Shown here in pieces: positions 1 through 8,962 of a stretch of 64,000 bases of DNA (position 1 is the stretch's first letter; each line of letters opens with the position of its first letter). Location: assembly GCA_018061035.1 (NCBI GenBank), contig JAGOUX010000002.1:24722-88721 (forward strand), given 5' to 3'. The notes under the pieces are model-generated. The model made no database searches and had not been told where the DNA came from. It saw only the letters and a program-made list of their open reading frames with translations. Both the position numbers and the translations under genes were made by a program. This stretch comes from Minisyncoccota bacterium. Lineage in GTDB: Bacteria; Patescibacteriota; Minisyncoccia; Phycocordibacterales; UBA9973.

Positions 1-13
1 TACCGCCCTGGCT

Positions 14-1276
14 GTGTTTTTCGCTTATTTATTTATGACTCGTACGACGATAGATACTAGTACTACACCTGAAGAGAATTTGGGCTTCTTGTCGAGAATC
101 AATCCTTTCAACACTAGACCATCTAGCCAGACAAATAGTGGTGACAACAACCAGCCAAATGAGCCAGTAATTGAAGACGAGACACCGATCATCCCTGAAT
201 CTAATTTGAAACAAATATCTAGTATGCCAATAGCAGGGTACTCTATATTTCAAAAAGAAATACTACTAGAGACTCCAACACTAGAAACAAACACTACTGA
301 AGTAGCACCAGTTAAAACTTCAAAAAAAGTCACTCCGCCGAAGACAGAATTTGTGCCTATGGTTCGATATGTAGCTAAAGAAGACGGAAATATATTTCAG
401 AGTTTCCTAAAAAATGTAGAGGAACGCAGATTCTCAAATACTGTCATACCTAAAATTTACGAAGCATTTTTTGGTAATTCAGGCCAAACAGTATTAATGC
501 GATACTTAAAATCAGACGATAAAACCATAGAAACATTTGTCGGCAATTTACCAAAAGAAATATTAGGTCAGGAGCCGGTGCAAAACAATGAAGTTAAGGG
601 CACTTTTCTACCTGAGAATATTACAAGCATGAGTTTATCACAAGATAGTTCAAAACTATTCTATTTGTTTAATGTAGGTGAGGCAGGAATAGGTATTAAT
701 TACGATCTAGTTAGCAAAAAAACACAAATACTAAATTCTCCATTTACAGAATGGTTGTCACAATACCCAAATAGTAAAATGATCAGCCTTACAACCAAGC
801 CTTCTGGTTTGGTGCAAGGATATATGTACAAGCTAGATATAGGCACAAAGAGCTTAAACAGGGTATTGGGTGGAATAAATGGTTTAACCACACTCACAAG
901 TCCAAATGGTAAGCTAATTATTTTTGCCGACGCTAATCTTTCTTTGAATCTTTATAGTATTGAGACAGGGGAGACCAAATCACTGGGATTGAGAACTATA
1001 CCGGATAAATGTGTTTGGGGTAAAAATAGTGATATGGTTTATTGCGCGACACCAGTATCTATACCACAGGCCACATATCCTGATTCATGGTATATGGGGG
1101 AGACATCATTTAGAGACCAGATTTGGAGAATAGATATATCTACTATAAATACTGTTTTAATATCTAGCCTTTCTGATGCGACTGATGCTATTAATTTAAG
1201 TCTAGATCAAAACGAAGACTACCTTTTGTTTATAAACAAAAACAACTCCTTTTTATGGGAGCTGTCTTTGAAGTAA
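14..1276 (+). CDS. hypothetical protein with N-terminal hydrophobic anchor, Thr/Ser-rich linker and beta-propeller-like repeats; GTG start, may begin just upstream of the window
   Basis: 420-aa ORF. N-terminal LAVFFAYLF hydrophobic segment, low-complexity T/S/P linker, then repeated G-x-L/I-F hydrophobic blocks resembling TolB/PD40-type propeller blades. Confidence 0.4.
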   Translation: MFFAYLFMTRTTIDTSTTPEENLGFLSRINPFNTRPSSQTNSGDNNQPNEPVIEDETPIIPESNLKQISSMPIAGYSIFQKEILLETPTLETNTTEVAPVKTSKKVTPPKTEFVPMVRYVAKEDGNIFQSFLKNVEERRFSNTVIPKIYEAFFGNSGQTVLMRYLKSDDKTIETFVGNLPKEILGQEPVQNNEVKGTFLPENITSMSLSQDSSKLFYLFNVGEAGIGINYDLVSKKTQILNSPFTEWLSQYPNSKMISLTTKPSGLVQGYMYKLDIGTKSLNRVLGGINGLTTLTSPNGKLIIFADANLSLNLYSIETGETKSLGLRTIPDKCVWGKNSDMVYCATPVSIPQATYPDSWYMGETSFRDQIWRIDISTINTVLISSLSDATDAINLSLDQNEDYLLFINKNNSFLWELSLK

Positions 1277-1277
1277 A

Positions 1278-1754
1278 TTAAATAGTTCCTATATATTTTA
1301 TAATTACTCTTCTACTAGGACCGAAACCAGTGGACTCGGTTTTTATATCTATTTCATTTGCTAGAAATTCGTGTACAATCCGTCGTTCGAAAGGGGGCAT
1401 TGGTTCTACTTCCACTGAAGATTTAAAATATCTAGCTCTCTCCGCCATCATATGAGCCAATGCTCGAACACTATCTACCTTTTTCTTTTGAAAATCATTG
1501 ATGTCGATCAAAAACTGAATTCCATCTCTAGGTTCCTCTGACCTTGGTGTTTTGTTCTCAATCATTTTCTTTACTATGTGATTGAGAGCTGAGAGTGCTT
1601 CGCCTTCACGATTGGTGAAAAAGTGGGGCTCAGCAACTTCAACTCTAAACCAAGTATTTGCTGGCTCACTATCTAGAATCGAAACTTCTTTAACCTCGAT
1701 GGTTACTTTTTCAAGGACTTCCTTTATTAAGTTTTGGATTTGCTCTCTATCCAT
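1278..1754 (-). CDS. jag: Jag/KhpB-like RNA-binding protein (KH + R3H domains)
   Basis: C-terminal R3H-like motif RRIVHEFLA...GFGPSRRVII. Sits immediately downstream of yidC in the conserved rnpA-yidC-jag order. Confidence 0.7.
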   Translation of the reverse strand: MDREQIQNLIKEVLEKVTIEVKEVSILDSEPANTWFRVEVAEPHFFTNREGEALSALNHIVKKMIENKTPRSEEPRDGIQFLIDINDFQKKKVDSVRALAHMMAERARYFKSSVEVEPMPPFERRIVHEFLANEIDIKTESTGFGPSRRVIIKYIGTI

Positions 1755-1758
1755 ATTG

Positions 1759-2493
1759 TTATTTTACTACAACTTTTACAAAATTATCTTCTTTCTTCTT
1801 TGCATATATTTGCTGACCAACAGCAAAAGCATTGCTTGTAATCCAATACAAGGCGATTGCTCCGGAAATGTTATAGGAAATAAGAGCAACTATGAAAGGG
1901 AAGAAGTACTTCATTTGCATTTGCATGCTCTTAGCGAAGCTGTCTTGGAAGTTTGGGGTTTCACCACTTGGGGTTTCTGGTGGCTTAGACATGTAATGAG
2001 CTTGGAAATATTGAGAGACACCAGCCAAAATAGCTAAAATTAAGCTTTTACCAGCAATATCGATAGAACCCAAGAAAGACATGTTTAGATTCTCTGGTGT
2101 AGGGATAAAGGAGTATAGTATGCCACCATCGAAATGAATTCCACGAGAAAAAACATAATATAATGCGAAAATAATAGGTATTTGGATTAAAACCAACAAG
2201 CATCCAGAAAAAGGATTGGTTTTGTGTAGTTTGTATAATTCGAATGTCAGCCTAGCTTGCTCTTCTTTACTTGCACCACTTTTCTTTATCTCATTTAGAT
2301 GTGGGGCAAGCTTATTCATCTTGGCTTGGCTCTCAATACCCTTTTGAGATAGGGGGTAAAGTAGGGTTTTTACTATAATAGTCAATATTATAATGGCCAA
2401 ACCAACATCTCCGCCTGGAATAACGTTTACTAAAAAGGCTAAAAGGTTTACAAACGGTTGATATAAAACAGTGGTCCAAATGGTATGTAGCAT
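1759..2493 (-). CDS. yidC: membrane protein insertase YidC/Oxa1 family (short form)
   Basis: 244-aa polytopic membrane protein with YidC-like TM segments; synteny rnpA-yidD-yidC-jag. Confidence 0.85.
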   Translation of the reverse strand: MLHTIWTTVLYQPFVNLLAFLVNVIPGGDVGLAIIILTIIVKTLLYPLSQKGIESQAKMNKLAPHLNEIKKSGASKEEQARLTFELYKLHKTNPFSGCLLVLIQIPIIFALYYVFSRGIHFDGGILYSFIPTPENLNMSFLGSIDIAGKSLILAILAGVSQYFQAHYMSKPPETPSGETPNFQDSFAKSMQMQMKYFFPFIVALISYNISGAIALYWITSNAFAVGQQIYAKKKEDNFVKVVVK

Positions 2494-2543
2494 TCCATAA
2501 TTCTATATGAAATTAAGTAAAATTGCTAGAAATGTTTTAATTT

Positions 2544-2759
2544 TTACTTGAGCGGATCTATATGAACCTTTTGCCACGGGTGGCACCTTAAAATACGACG
2601 GCTTCCCAACAAAACCCCTTTGAAAACCCCATATTTAGCTATGGCTTGTTTGGTATACTCGGAACAAGTAGGGTAAAACACACAGCTTGGTTTAAATAAG
2701 TTAGATATATATCTTTGATAAAGATTAATTAATCTTATTGAGAATGTTTTTAATTTCAT
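2544..2759 (-). CDS. yidD: membrane protein insertion efficiency factor YidD
   Basis: 71 aa with conserved YidD motifs YQRYIS...CRFYPTCSEY (here CVFYPTCSEY) and RCHPW. Confidence 0.8.
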   Translation of the reverse strand: MKLKTFSIRLINLYQRYISNLFKPSCVFYPTCSEYTKQAIAKYGVFKGVLLGSRRILRCHPWQKVHIDPLK

Positions 2760-3087
2760 TATGTAAATATTGATTTATATCATTATTTTTACTTTTTCTC
2801 TGCCCAAATACTTGTAGTGAGTTTTTATTAAATATAAAAACACCTGTCATTGGGTGGGGGATTTGATCGAAATAGTTCTTAAGGACAACATACCCCCTCC
2901 TACGAAGCAAATTCCTTGAAACTGCCTTTTTACTGGTGGTTTTGGGAACAATAAAAGCTATTTTGGGAGTAGATTGGCCCTTTTGGATTATGTATTTAAA
3001 AGTTAGGTTGGGTGAATTAATAAAACGCCCATTTTTGAATATTAGGGCTATTTCATCTTTACTAACTCTACTTTTTTTAGGAAGCAT
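2725..3087 (-). CDS. rnpA: ribonuclease P protein component
   Basis: 120-aa basic protein between rpmH and yidD; RnpA-like KSRVSK...RNLLRRR motifs. Confidence 0.8.
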   Translation of the reverse strand: MLPKKSRVSKDEIALIFKNGRFINSPNLTFKYIIQKGQSTPKIAFIVPKTTSKKAVSRNLLRRRGYVVLKNYFDQIPHPMTGVFIFNKNSLQVFGQRKSKNNDINQYLHNEIKNILNKIN

Positions 3088-3094
3088 TGTTTAA

Positions 3095-3229
3095 CTAAAC
3101 AGTGAGTTTTGCTCGTCCTTTTTGGCGTCTTCGGGCAATAACTTTCTTGCCTGTCTTTGTTCGAGAGCGTACCAAAAACCCGTGAGACCGGGCTCGTTTT
3201 CGTTTCTTTGGTTGGTATGTGAATGACAT
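3095..3229 (-). CDS. rpmH: 50S ribosomal protein L34 (missed by the ORF track, found by hand translation)
   Basis: Reverse-strand translation gives [44 protein letters not shown] (44 aa), a canonical L34, directly upstream of rnpA. Confidence 0.85.
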   Translation of the reverse strand: MSFTYQPKKRKRARSHGFLVRSRTKTGKKVIARRRQKGRAKLTV

Positions 3230-3313
3230 ATAGTAGAGTCTATAATAAAACTACTAATAAATCAATCTCGGTTTATATATAGGGTAGGGCGTACTCAAAC
3301 AGCCCTAGATCTT

Positions 3314-3322
3314 TTATCCACA
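3314..3322 (+). promoter_or_regulatory. perfect DnaA box TTATCCACA in the rpmH-dnaA intergenic (oriC / dnaA promoter) region
   Basis: Exact 9-mer consensus read directly from the sequence. Confidence 0.5.
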
Positions 3323-3389
3323 CTTTATCAACATACTTAATAAGGTTTAACAAGTTCCGAGCAATCTATTAATAGTATAATATGGAGCA

Positions 3390-3462
3390 ATGAATCCCGT
3401 TAGAAGTCTTACAGCGGGAAAATTAGTCGGTACAATTAATATTAATTAACTTCTAACGGGAT
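3390..3462 (+). promoter_or_regulatory. structured 5' leader element with a 19-codon uORF (MNPVRSLTAGKLVGTININ) and a 13-bp inverted repeat whose distal arm covers the dnaA ATG
   Basis: IR arms ATCCCGTTAGAAG (3394-3406) and CTTCTAACGGGAT (3450-3462). TATAAT at 3376-3381 places the uORF ATG (3390) near the TSS. A homologous element precedes msrB at 59892-59965. Confidence 0.4.
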
Positions 3463-4804
3463 GAATACAAAACAGCTGTGGAAAAATTGTCTCGCGGATA
3501 TTGAGACAGGCCTATCTAAGGCAAATTTCAGTACCTGGTTCAAAAATACCTCGATTCTTAAAGAAGAAGCTGGAATAATCTTTATCGGAGTACCAAATGA
3601 ATTCGTTCGAGACTGGCTTAAAAACAAATACCATAAGTTAATCACCAAAACCATCGCAGATGCTTTTGAAAACATGCGTGCGGTAGAATACATCATCACT
3701 AAAACCGAAGTTGAAAAGGATGAACCAGAAAGAACAGAAGAGGTTTTTGCAAATAAAGAGCTTCCGCTTAAGGATCTTTATATTAGCCCAGAAGACAATC
3801 TAAATCCTCGCTATCAGTTTGATTCGTTTATCGTTGGAGGCTTCAATGAGCTTGCTTATGCGGCAGGACAAGCAATTATAGATAATCCTGGTACAAAATA
3901 TAACCCATTTTTTATATATGGTGGAACAGGTTTAGGTAAAACCCACCTTATCCAAGCAATAGGAAACACTATAAAGACTAGATATCCAAATAAAAAGGTT
4001 CATTATATGACTTTGGAGAAGTTTGCGACTGATTTTATCAACTCTCTTCAAAACAACAAAGCTAATTCATTCAAAGAAAAGTATCGTAAATATGATCTTT
4101 TAATCATTGATGATATTCAATTTATTGGTAAGATGGAAAAAATTCAAGAAGAATTATTCCATACTTTTAATACTTTTCATGAGGCCAATAAGCAAATAAT
4201 CTTTTCATCCGACAAACACCCAAACTATATTCCAGAACTTGCTGATAGATTAAAATCTCGTTTTGCTGCAGGTATGATAGTAGACATATCAGAACCAGAA
4301 TACGAATCTCGTTTAGCTATTTTAAAGGTTAAATTAAGAGACCAAAACTTGGACTTAGACCAAAGCGTCGTTGAATACATTGCTGGGGCTATACAAGGCA
4401 ATATACGCGAATTAGAGGGTAGTCTAAACTCAATAGTCATGCAGTATCGACTCAAAAACAGAGCATTAACTCTTCCTGAAGTAAAAAACCTCCTTAAAAA
4501 CAACATGAGGCCAAAGAAAAATATCGCTATTAAGGATGTTGTAAAAATAGTTAGCGAACATTACAAACTCGAAGAATCTTCTGTTTATGAAAAAACTCGA
4601 AAGAAAGAAATTGTTCGAGCTAGGCAGGTGGTGATGTATCTACTTCGAGAGGATTTTAATGTGTCATACCCATTGATAGGACAGAAGTTGGGAGGGAAGG
4701 ACCATACTACAGTCATACACTCTTGTCTCAAGATCAAAGCAGACCTAAAAAACGATCCCCAGCTGATGCAGGAGTTGGAACAGATAAGAGTTATGTTTAA
4801 ATAG
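3461..4804 (+). CDS. dnaA: chromosomal replication initiator protein DnaA
   Basis: 447 aa with AAA+ Walker A GGTGLGKTHL, sensor motifs and the C-terminal DnaA-box binding domain; followed by dnaN. Confidence 0.95.
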   Translation: MNTKQLWKNCLADIETGLSKANFSTWFKNTSILKEEAGIIFIGVPNEFVRDWLKNKYHKLITKTIADAFENMRAVEYIITKTEVEKDEPERTEEVFANKELPLKDLYISPEDNLNPRYQFDSFIVGGFNELAYAAGQAIIDNPGTKYNPFFIYGGTGLGKTHLIQAIGNTIKTRYPNKKVHYMTLEKFATDFINSLQNNKANSFKEKYRKYDLLIIDDIQFIGKMEKIQEELFHTFNTFHEANKQIIFSSDKHPNYIPELADRLKSRFAAGMIVDISEPEYESRLAILKVKLRDQNLDLDQSVVEYIAGAIQGNIRELEGSLNSIVMQYRLKNRALTLPEVKNLLKNNMRPKKNIAIKDVVKIVSEHYKLEESSVYEKTRKKEIVRARQVVMYLLREDFNVSYPLIGQKLGGKDHTTVIHSCLKIKADLKNDPQLMQELEQIRVMFK

Positions 4805-4969
4805 TTGGGGAAAAGTATGGGGAAAGGTATTAGTAAAAAAGGTTTGGGTGTTGATAAAAATTTACAAATTTCCACTTTTACACAGAAAAGTAAAAAGTAG
4901 TAAAAAGTTATTAGATTAAAGTTAGACGAGAAAACAGAGAATACTTATATAAACAAAGCATAGAAATAA

Positions 4970-4978
4970 TTATCCACA
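4970..4978 (+). promoter_or_regulatory. perfect DnaA box TTATCCACA in the AT-rich dnaA-dnaN spacer (candidate oriC/DUE side)
   Basis: Exact 9-mer; the surrounding 4805-5030 stretch is extremely AT-rich with GTAAAAAG-type short repeats. Confidence 0.45.
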
Positions 4979-5030
4979 TATTAACACTACTAATAGTATT
5001 AATAGATTAAATATATAAAGATATAAACAT

Positions 5031-6128
5031 ATGAAACTGGAATGCGGAATAGAAAAAATAAAAAATGGTATTTCTCAAACAGAAAGAATAACTGGTAAGA
5101 ATCTAACTCTTCCAATCTTAAACTCAATACTTTTAATTGCTTCTGGTAAATCTTTAAAACTTAGATCAACAAACTTAAGCCTTGGAATTGAAATAGAAAT
5201 CCCAGCCAAGATTGAGAAAGAGGGAATAGTCGCGGTTTCAGGAAGTGTTCTTTCAGGAGTATTTTCCAATATGAGCTCAAACGAGAATGTTATCCTTGAG
5301 AGTACTGATGGAAATCTGTTAATAAAGACAAATAAAAATAAAATAAAACTCAAAGGGCAACCACACGAGGATTTTCCAACAATTCCTCAAGTAGAAGGTG
5401 TTGAATTTGATATTGAGGCCAAGAAAATTGTTGAGGGGATAAAGTCTGTATATTACAGCTCTTCAGTCTCTGATATTAAACCCGAGATTTCAAGTGTTTA
5501 TATTTATACCAACGACGATAATCTTGTTTTTGTTTCAACCGATTCCTTTAGGCTTGCTGAGAAAAAAATTCGGGTTAAAAATATAGAGGAAATTAACGGA
5601 ATACTTATCCCTTTTAAAAATATTTCAGAAATATTAAGAATATTTGGAGACTTCGCCGGCTCATTGAAAGTAAAGTTTAGTAAAAACCAAATGTCGTTTT
5701 CTTCCGATAACATCTATCTAACTTCAAGGATAATAGACGGAGTTTTTCCAGATTATAGACAGATTATTCCCAAAGAGCCAAAAACCGAAGCTGTGGTGTT
5801 GAAACAAGACTTATTGAGTGCTCTAAAACTCTCAAATATCTTCTCAGACAAGTTTAATCAGGTTAGTCTAGCTATTAAGCTAAAAGAAAAACTATTTGAG
5901 CTGTCATCGTTAAACAACGATATTGGCGAAAACAAAACCTACTTAGATGCAGCTATAAAAGGAGAAGATGTAGAGCTTAGTTTTAATTATAAATACTTCT
6001 TAGACTGCTTCCAATCAATTAATTCAGATAGTGTTGTGATCAAAGTCACTGAGGCTACTAGACCTATAGTAGTATCACCTGTTTCTGATACTTCATTTAC
6101 ATATCTTATAATGCCAATGAATAGGTAA
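5031..6128 (+). CDS. dnaN: DNA polymerase III beta sliding clamp
   Basis: 365 aa with three-domain clamp architecture, directly after dnaA. Confidence 0.9.
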   Translation: MKLECGIEKIKNGISQTERITGKNLTLPILNSILLIASGKSLKLRSTNLSLGIEIEIPAKIEKEGIVAVSGSVLSGVFSNMSSNENVILESTDGNLLIKTNKNKIKLKGQPHEDFPTIPQVEGVEFDIEAKKIVEGIKSVYYSSSVSDIKPEISSVYIYTNDDNLVFVSTDSFRLAEKKIRVKNIEEINGILIPFKNISEILRIFGDFAGSLKVKFSKNQMSFSSDNIYLTSRIIDGVFPDYRQIIPKEPKTEAVVLKQDLLSALKLSNIFSDKFNQVSLAIKLKEKLFELSSLNNDIGENKTYLDAAIKGEDVELSFNYKYFLDCFQSINSDSVVIKVTEATRPIVVSPVSDTSFTYLIMPMNR

Positions 6129-6139
6129 TTAAGAATCGA

Positions 6140-6397
6140 ATGATTGAGATCAAAGATTTATTGTCCCGATTTAGAATAATACTTTCTTCTGATGATTCTA
6201 AAAAGGAGTCTATTATTTCAGCATTAAATAAAACAATAAAAATTTCCTTAAAAAAAGAAGATATCAAGATTAAGAATAATATAATTTACCTCAACATAAA
6301 ACCAATCTATAAAAATGAAATTCTAATCAAAAAAGAACAAATTTTTACCGAACTAAAAAAATCCTTTGGTGAAAAAACACCATCTGATATACGTTAA
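6140..6397 (+). CDS. small DUF721/DciA-like protein
   Basis: 85 aa basic protein immediately after dnaN. C-terminal pattern IYLNIKPIYKNEILIKKEQIFTELKKSFGEK resembles the DUF721 family commonly found at this locus. Confidence 0.35.
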   Translation: MIEIKDLLSRFRIILSSDDSKKESIISALNKTIKISLKKEDIKIKNNIIYLNIKPIYKNEILIKKEQIFTELKKSFGEKTPSDIR

Positions 6398-6399
6398 AG

Positions 6400-8925
6400 T
6401 TATTTAACTCTAAAAGTAGAAGAAACTTCTCCTATGTTATAAGCAGTGTCGTAAGCTATTATTTTCAGAGTGTTTATTGCGGCCAAATTATCTAATTCTC
6501 TCGGAGAGAAAGAGAAAACCAATCCCGAATCAGTCGTACCAAGGTATACATCGTTTATAAAAATATCAGCCTTCGATATTGGCATTGTTCCCATACTTGA
6601 AAGCTTAACTTGGATGTTTTGGTCGACAGGATAGGTGGTGGTGTTATCTGGCTGAAGTATTACCACCACAGGCTTCGAAGACTCTGTGTGGATGTCGTCT
6701 AACAAAACAGGCTTGTCATTTATAGTTATTATTGGATAGTTTTGTTTATTATTAGCCCACCAATTCTGTACCGGTATTTCCCAATGGTTAAACTGTGAGT
6801 TGTTTGCAGGGTTTGTTGGAGCTGGGCCAGTAATATCACTTCGATCAAGCCAATACAAGATTGAATGCACATTAGTAATAACTTTCTCCTGCCTTGTTTC
6901 TTTTGGGGTAAAAACTGTAGCTAGTTTTCCTGATATTTTATCAATAAAAAAATTATCATTTCCTGACCAATACCCTCTAAGAATTGGCTTTACAGTTAGT
7001 TCATCATAATCTAGATCTGGCGTCTCAAATTTTTCATTCGGCAAAGTTTTAAGTGCCTCGGTAATAACTTTATTCCAAATCGGTCCTGCCACAGTAGAAC
7101 CTCCCTTGGTCATTGGCTTATTGTCATTATTACCAGCCCAGACACCTACAACTATCGAAGGAGTGTAACCTATTGTCCAAGCGTCCTTATTGTTGTTTGT
7201 GGTACCGGTTTTAACAGCTACTTCGTGCCCAGCCACCTTAAGAATTGAATTAGCACCAAAGGTTGGGGTTCGAGCAACATTATCCTTTAGAATATCTGAA
7301 ACCATTAGAGCACTGTTTTTAGGTAGTACTTCTCGTGAGTTTGGTATGTATTCTTCTAATATATTGCCATTAGTATCCTCGATTTTTAAAACACCGGTGT
7401 AATTATTGCGAATACCATCATTAGCAAGCACACCATATGCAGAGGTAATATCTAAAAGCGATACTTCACCACCTCCGATAACAAGAGTAAGTCCATACTG
7501 GCCTATATCACCAAGTGTGGTTATACCCATTTTTTCTGCTACAGCGAGTGAGTCTTTTGGTGTAGTTAAATAAAATAGTTTTACTGCGGGAACGTTTATC
7601 GACTGAGCTAGAGCATCACGCAATTTCATTGGCCCTCTAAATTTTCCATCATAGTTGTCTGGCATATAACACTCGCTTTGTTTGTGGCCAGCAGTTGCTT
7701 GTCCATAAGCGTTACAAGTAGTCTGAAATTCAGTAGGTAGGTCAAACAGTACTGTGTCGGGTGTAAACCCCTTGCTGAAGGCTGTAGCGTAAATGAAGGG
7801 CTTAAAAGAGGATCCAGGTTGTCTGTTTGCTGTTGTGATGTTGAAGTTGCCGTCAATTTCTTTATCAAAATAATTCCTCGAGCCAACCATCGTTAGGATC
7901 TGGCCAGTTTTTGGATCAATAGCAATTACGCCAGTATTTTTTCCATTCCAATCCTTTTCATTTTGAAGAGCACCAACCTTTGCAAATTCTTCAGCTTTTG
8001 ATTGAAGATCATAATTTATAGTTGTTGTGACTTTTAGACCACCCTTTTCTATCATGTCAGCTCCATATTTTTGTTCGAGGTAGTCTTTGATGAAAAATAC
8101 AAAGTGAGGAGCTTTAATACCAGTAGTTGCTTGTGGTTGAAAAACCACCACTTCTGTTTTGGCCGCATCATACTCAGCCTGAGTTATAAATTTTAGCTCG
8201 AGTTCACGCGAAAGAACTAAATTTTTACGTGTTTCAAGTTTGTCTTTGTTTTTACCGTAAGGAGAAAGATATGTAGGGGATTGAGGTATGGCAGCCAAAT
8301 ACGCAGCTTCAGCTATTGTGAGATTGACGGCGTGTTTATTAAAATAAGTTTTACTTGCTTCCTCTATACCGTAGATAGTTCCACCGTACGGATTCTCATT
8401 GAGATAATATTCCAAGATTTTATCTTTAGGCATTGAGCCATCTATTTTTACAGCTAGAACCCACTCCTTCATTTTTCTTATAGGGCTTCGTTTTGGGGTA
8501 AGTAAGGTGTTTTTTACAAGCTGTTGAGTAATAGTCGAACCACCACCACCAATTCCAAAACCAAAAAGATTTGAAAGAATAGCTCGAGCTGTAGAAGTCA
8601 CACGAACACCATGATGGTTGTAAAATTCAGAGTCCTCGATAGCGATGGTAGCATTTTTAATATTTGGCCCCATCTGCTCAAAAGTGATATCAGTGCGTTT
8701 TGTGTCGTTGTGTATGTCGTAGAGGAGAATCTCACCAGTACGATCGTATATTTTAGTGGAATTTTCTACCTTGCGGTCGTTAAAAGAATTGAAATCAGGT
8801 ATTCGTAGCGAAGATAACCAGATTATTATGAGTCCTATGAATAAAATGGCTGCACTGACGCCAAAAATCAATACATTTTTCCAAAAGTGCTTGTTCTTTT
8901 TGAATCGTTTAAATATATTTAACAT
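6400..8925 (-). CDS. mrcA: class A penicillin-binding protein (transglycosylase GT51 + transpeptidase) with C-terminal extension
   Basis: GT51 motifs IEDSEFYNHHGV, RKMKE and transpeptidase SxxK/SxN-like regions. ATG at 8923-8925 is chosen because it precedes the TM anchor; the ORF track extends to a TTG at 9033. Confidence 0.85.
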   Translation of the reverse strand: MLNIFKRFKKNKHFWKNVLIFGVSAAILFIGLIIIWLSSLRIPDFNSFNDRKVENSTKIYDRTGEILLYDIHNDTKRTDITFEQMGPNIKNATIAIEDSEFYNHHGVRVTSTARAILSNLFGFGIGGGGSTITQQLVKNTLLTPKRSPIRKMKEWVLAVKIDGSMPKDKILEYYLNENPYGGTIYGIEEASKTYFNKHAVNLTIAEAAYLAAIPQSPTYLSPYGKNKDKLETRKNLVLSRELELKFITQAEYDAAKTEVVVFQPQATTGIKAPHFVFFIKDYLEQKYGADMIEKGGLKVTTTINYDLQSKAEEFAKVGALQNEKDWNGKNTGVIAIDPKTGQILTMVGSRNYFDKEIDGNFNITTANRQPGSSFKPFIYATAFSKGFTPDTVLFDLPTEFQTTCNAYGQATAGHKQSECYMPDNYDGKFRGPMKLRDALAQSINVPAVKLFYLTTPKDSLAVAEKMGITTLGDIGQYGLTLVIGGGEVSLLDITSAYGVLANDGIRNNYTGVLKIEDTNGNILEEYIPNSREVLPKNSALMVSDILKDNVARTPTFGANSILKVAGHEVAVKTGTTNNNKDAWTIGYTPSIVVGVWAGNNDNKPMTKGGSTVAGPIWNKVITEALKTLPNEKFETPDLDYDELTVKPILRGYWSGNDNFFIDKISGKLATVFTPKETRQEKVITNVHSILYWLDRSDITGPAPTNPANNSQFNHWEIPVQNWWANNKQNYPIITINDKPVLLDDIHTESSKPVVVILQPDNTTTYPVDQNIQVKLSSMGTMPISKADIFINDVYLGTTDSGLVFSFSPRELDNLAAINTLKIIAYDTAYNIGEVSSTFRVK

Positions 8926-8962
8926 TATTGGAATTATACCAGAAAATGCTATACTTTGGTTT

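Noticed and set aside
1582-2037. 151-aa plus-strand ORF overlapping jag and yidC
   Set aside because: Antisense to two well-supported conserved genes, with low-complexity composition.
8756-8962. ORF-track N-terminal extension of tyrS (MEFSTLRSLKEL...) overlapping the PBP gene on the opposite strand
   Set aside because: The TyrRS homology begins at the internal ATG 8963, and the extension overlaps the conserved PBP N-terminus; treated as spurious.
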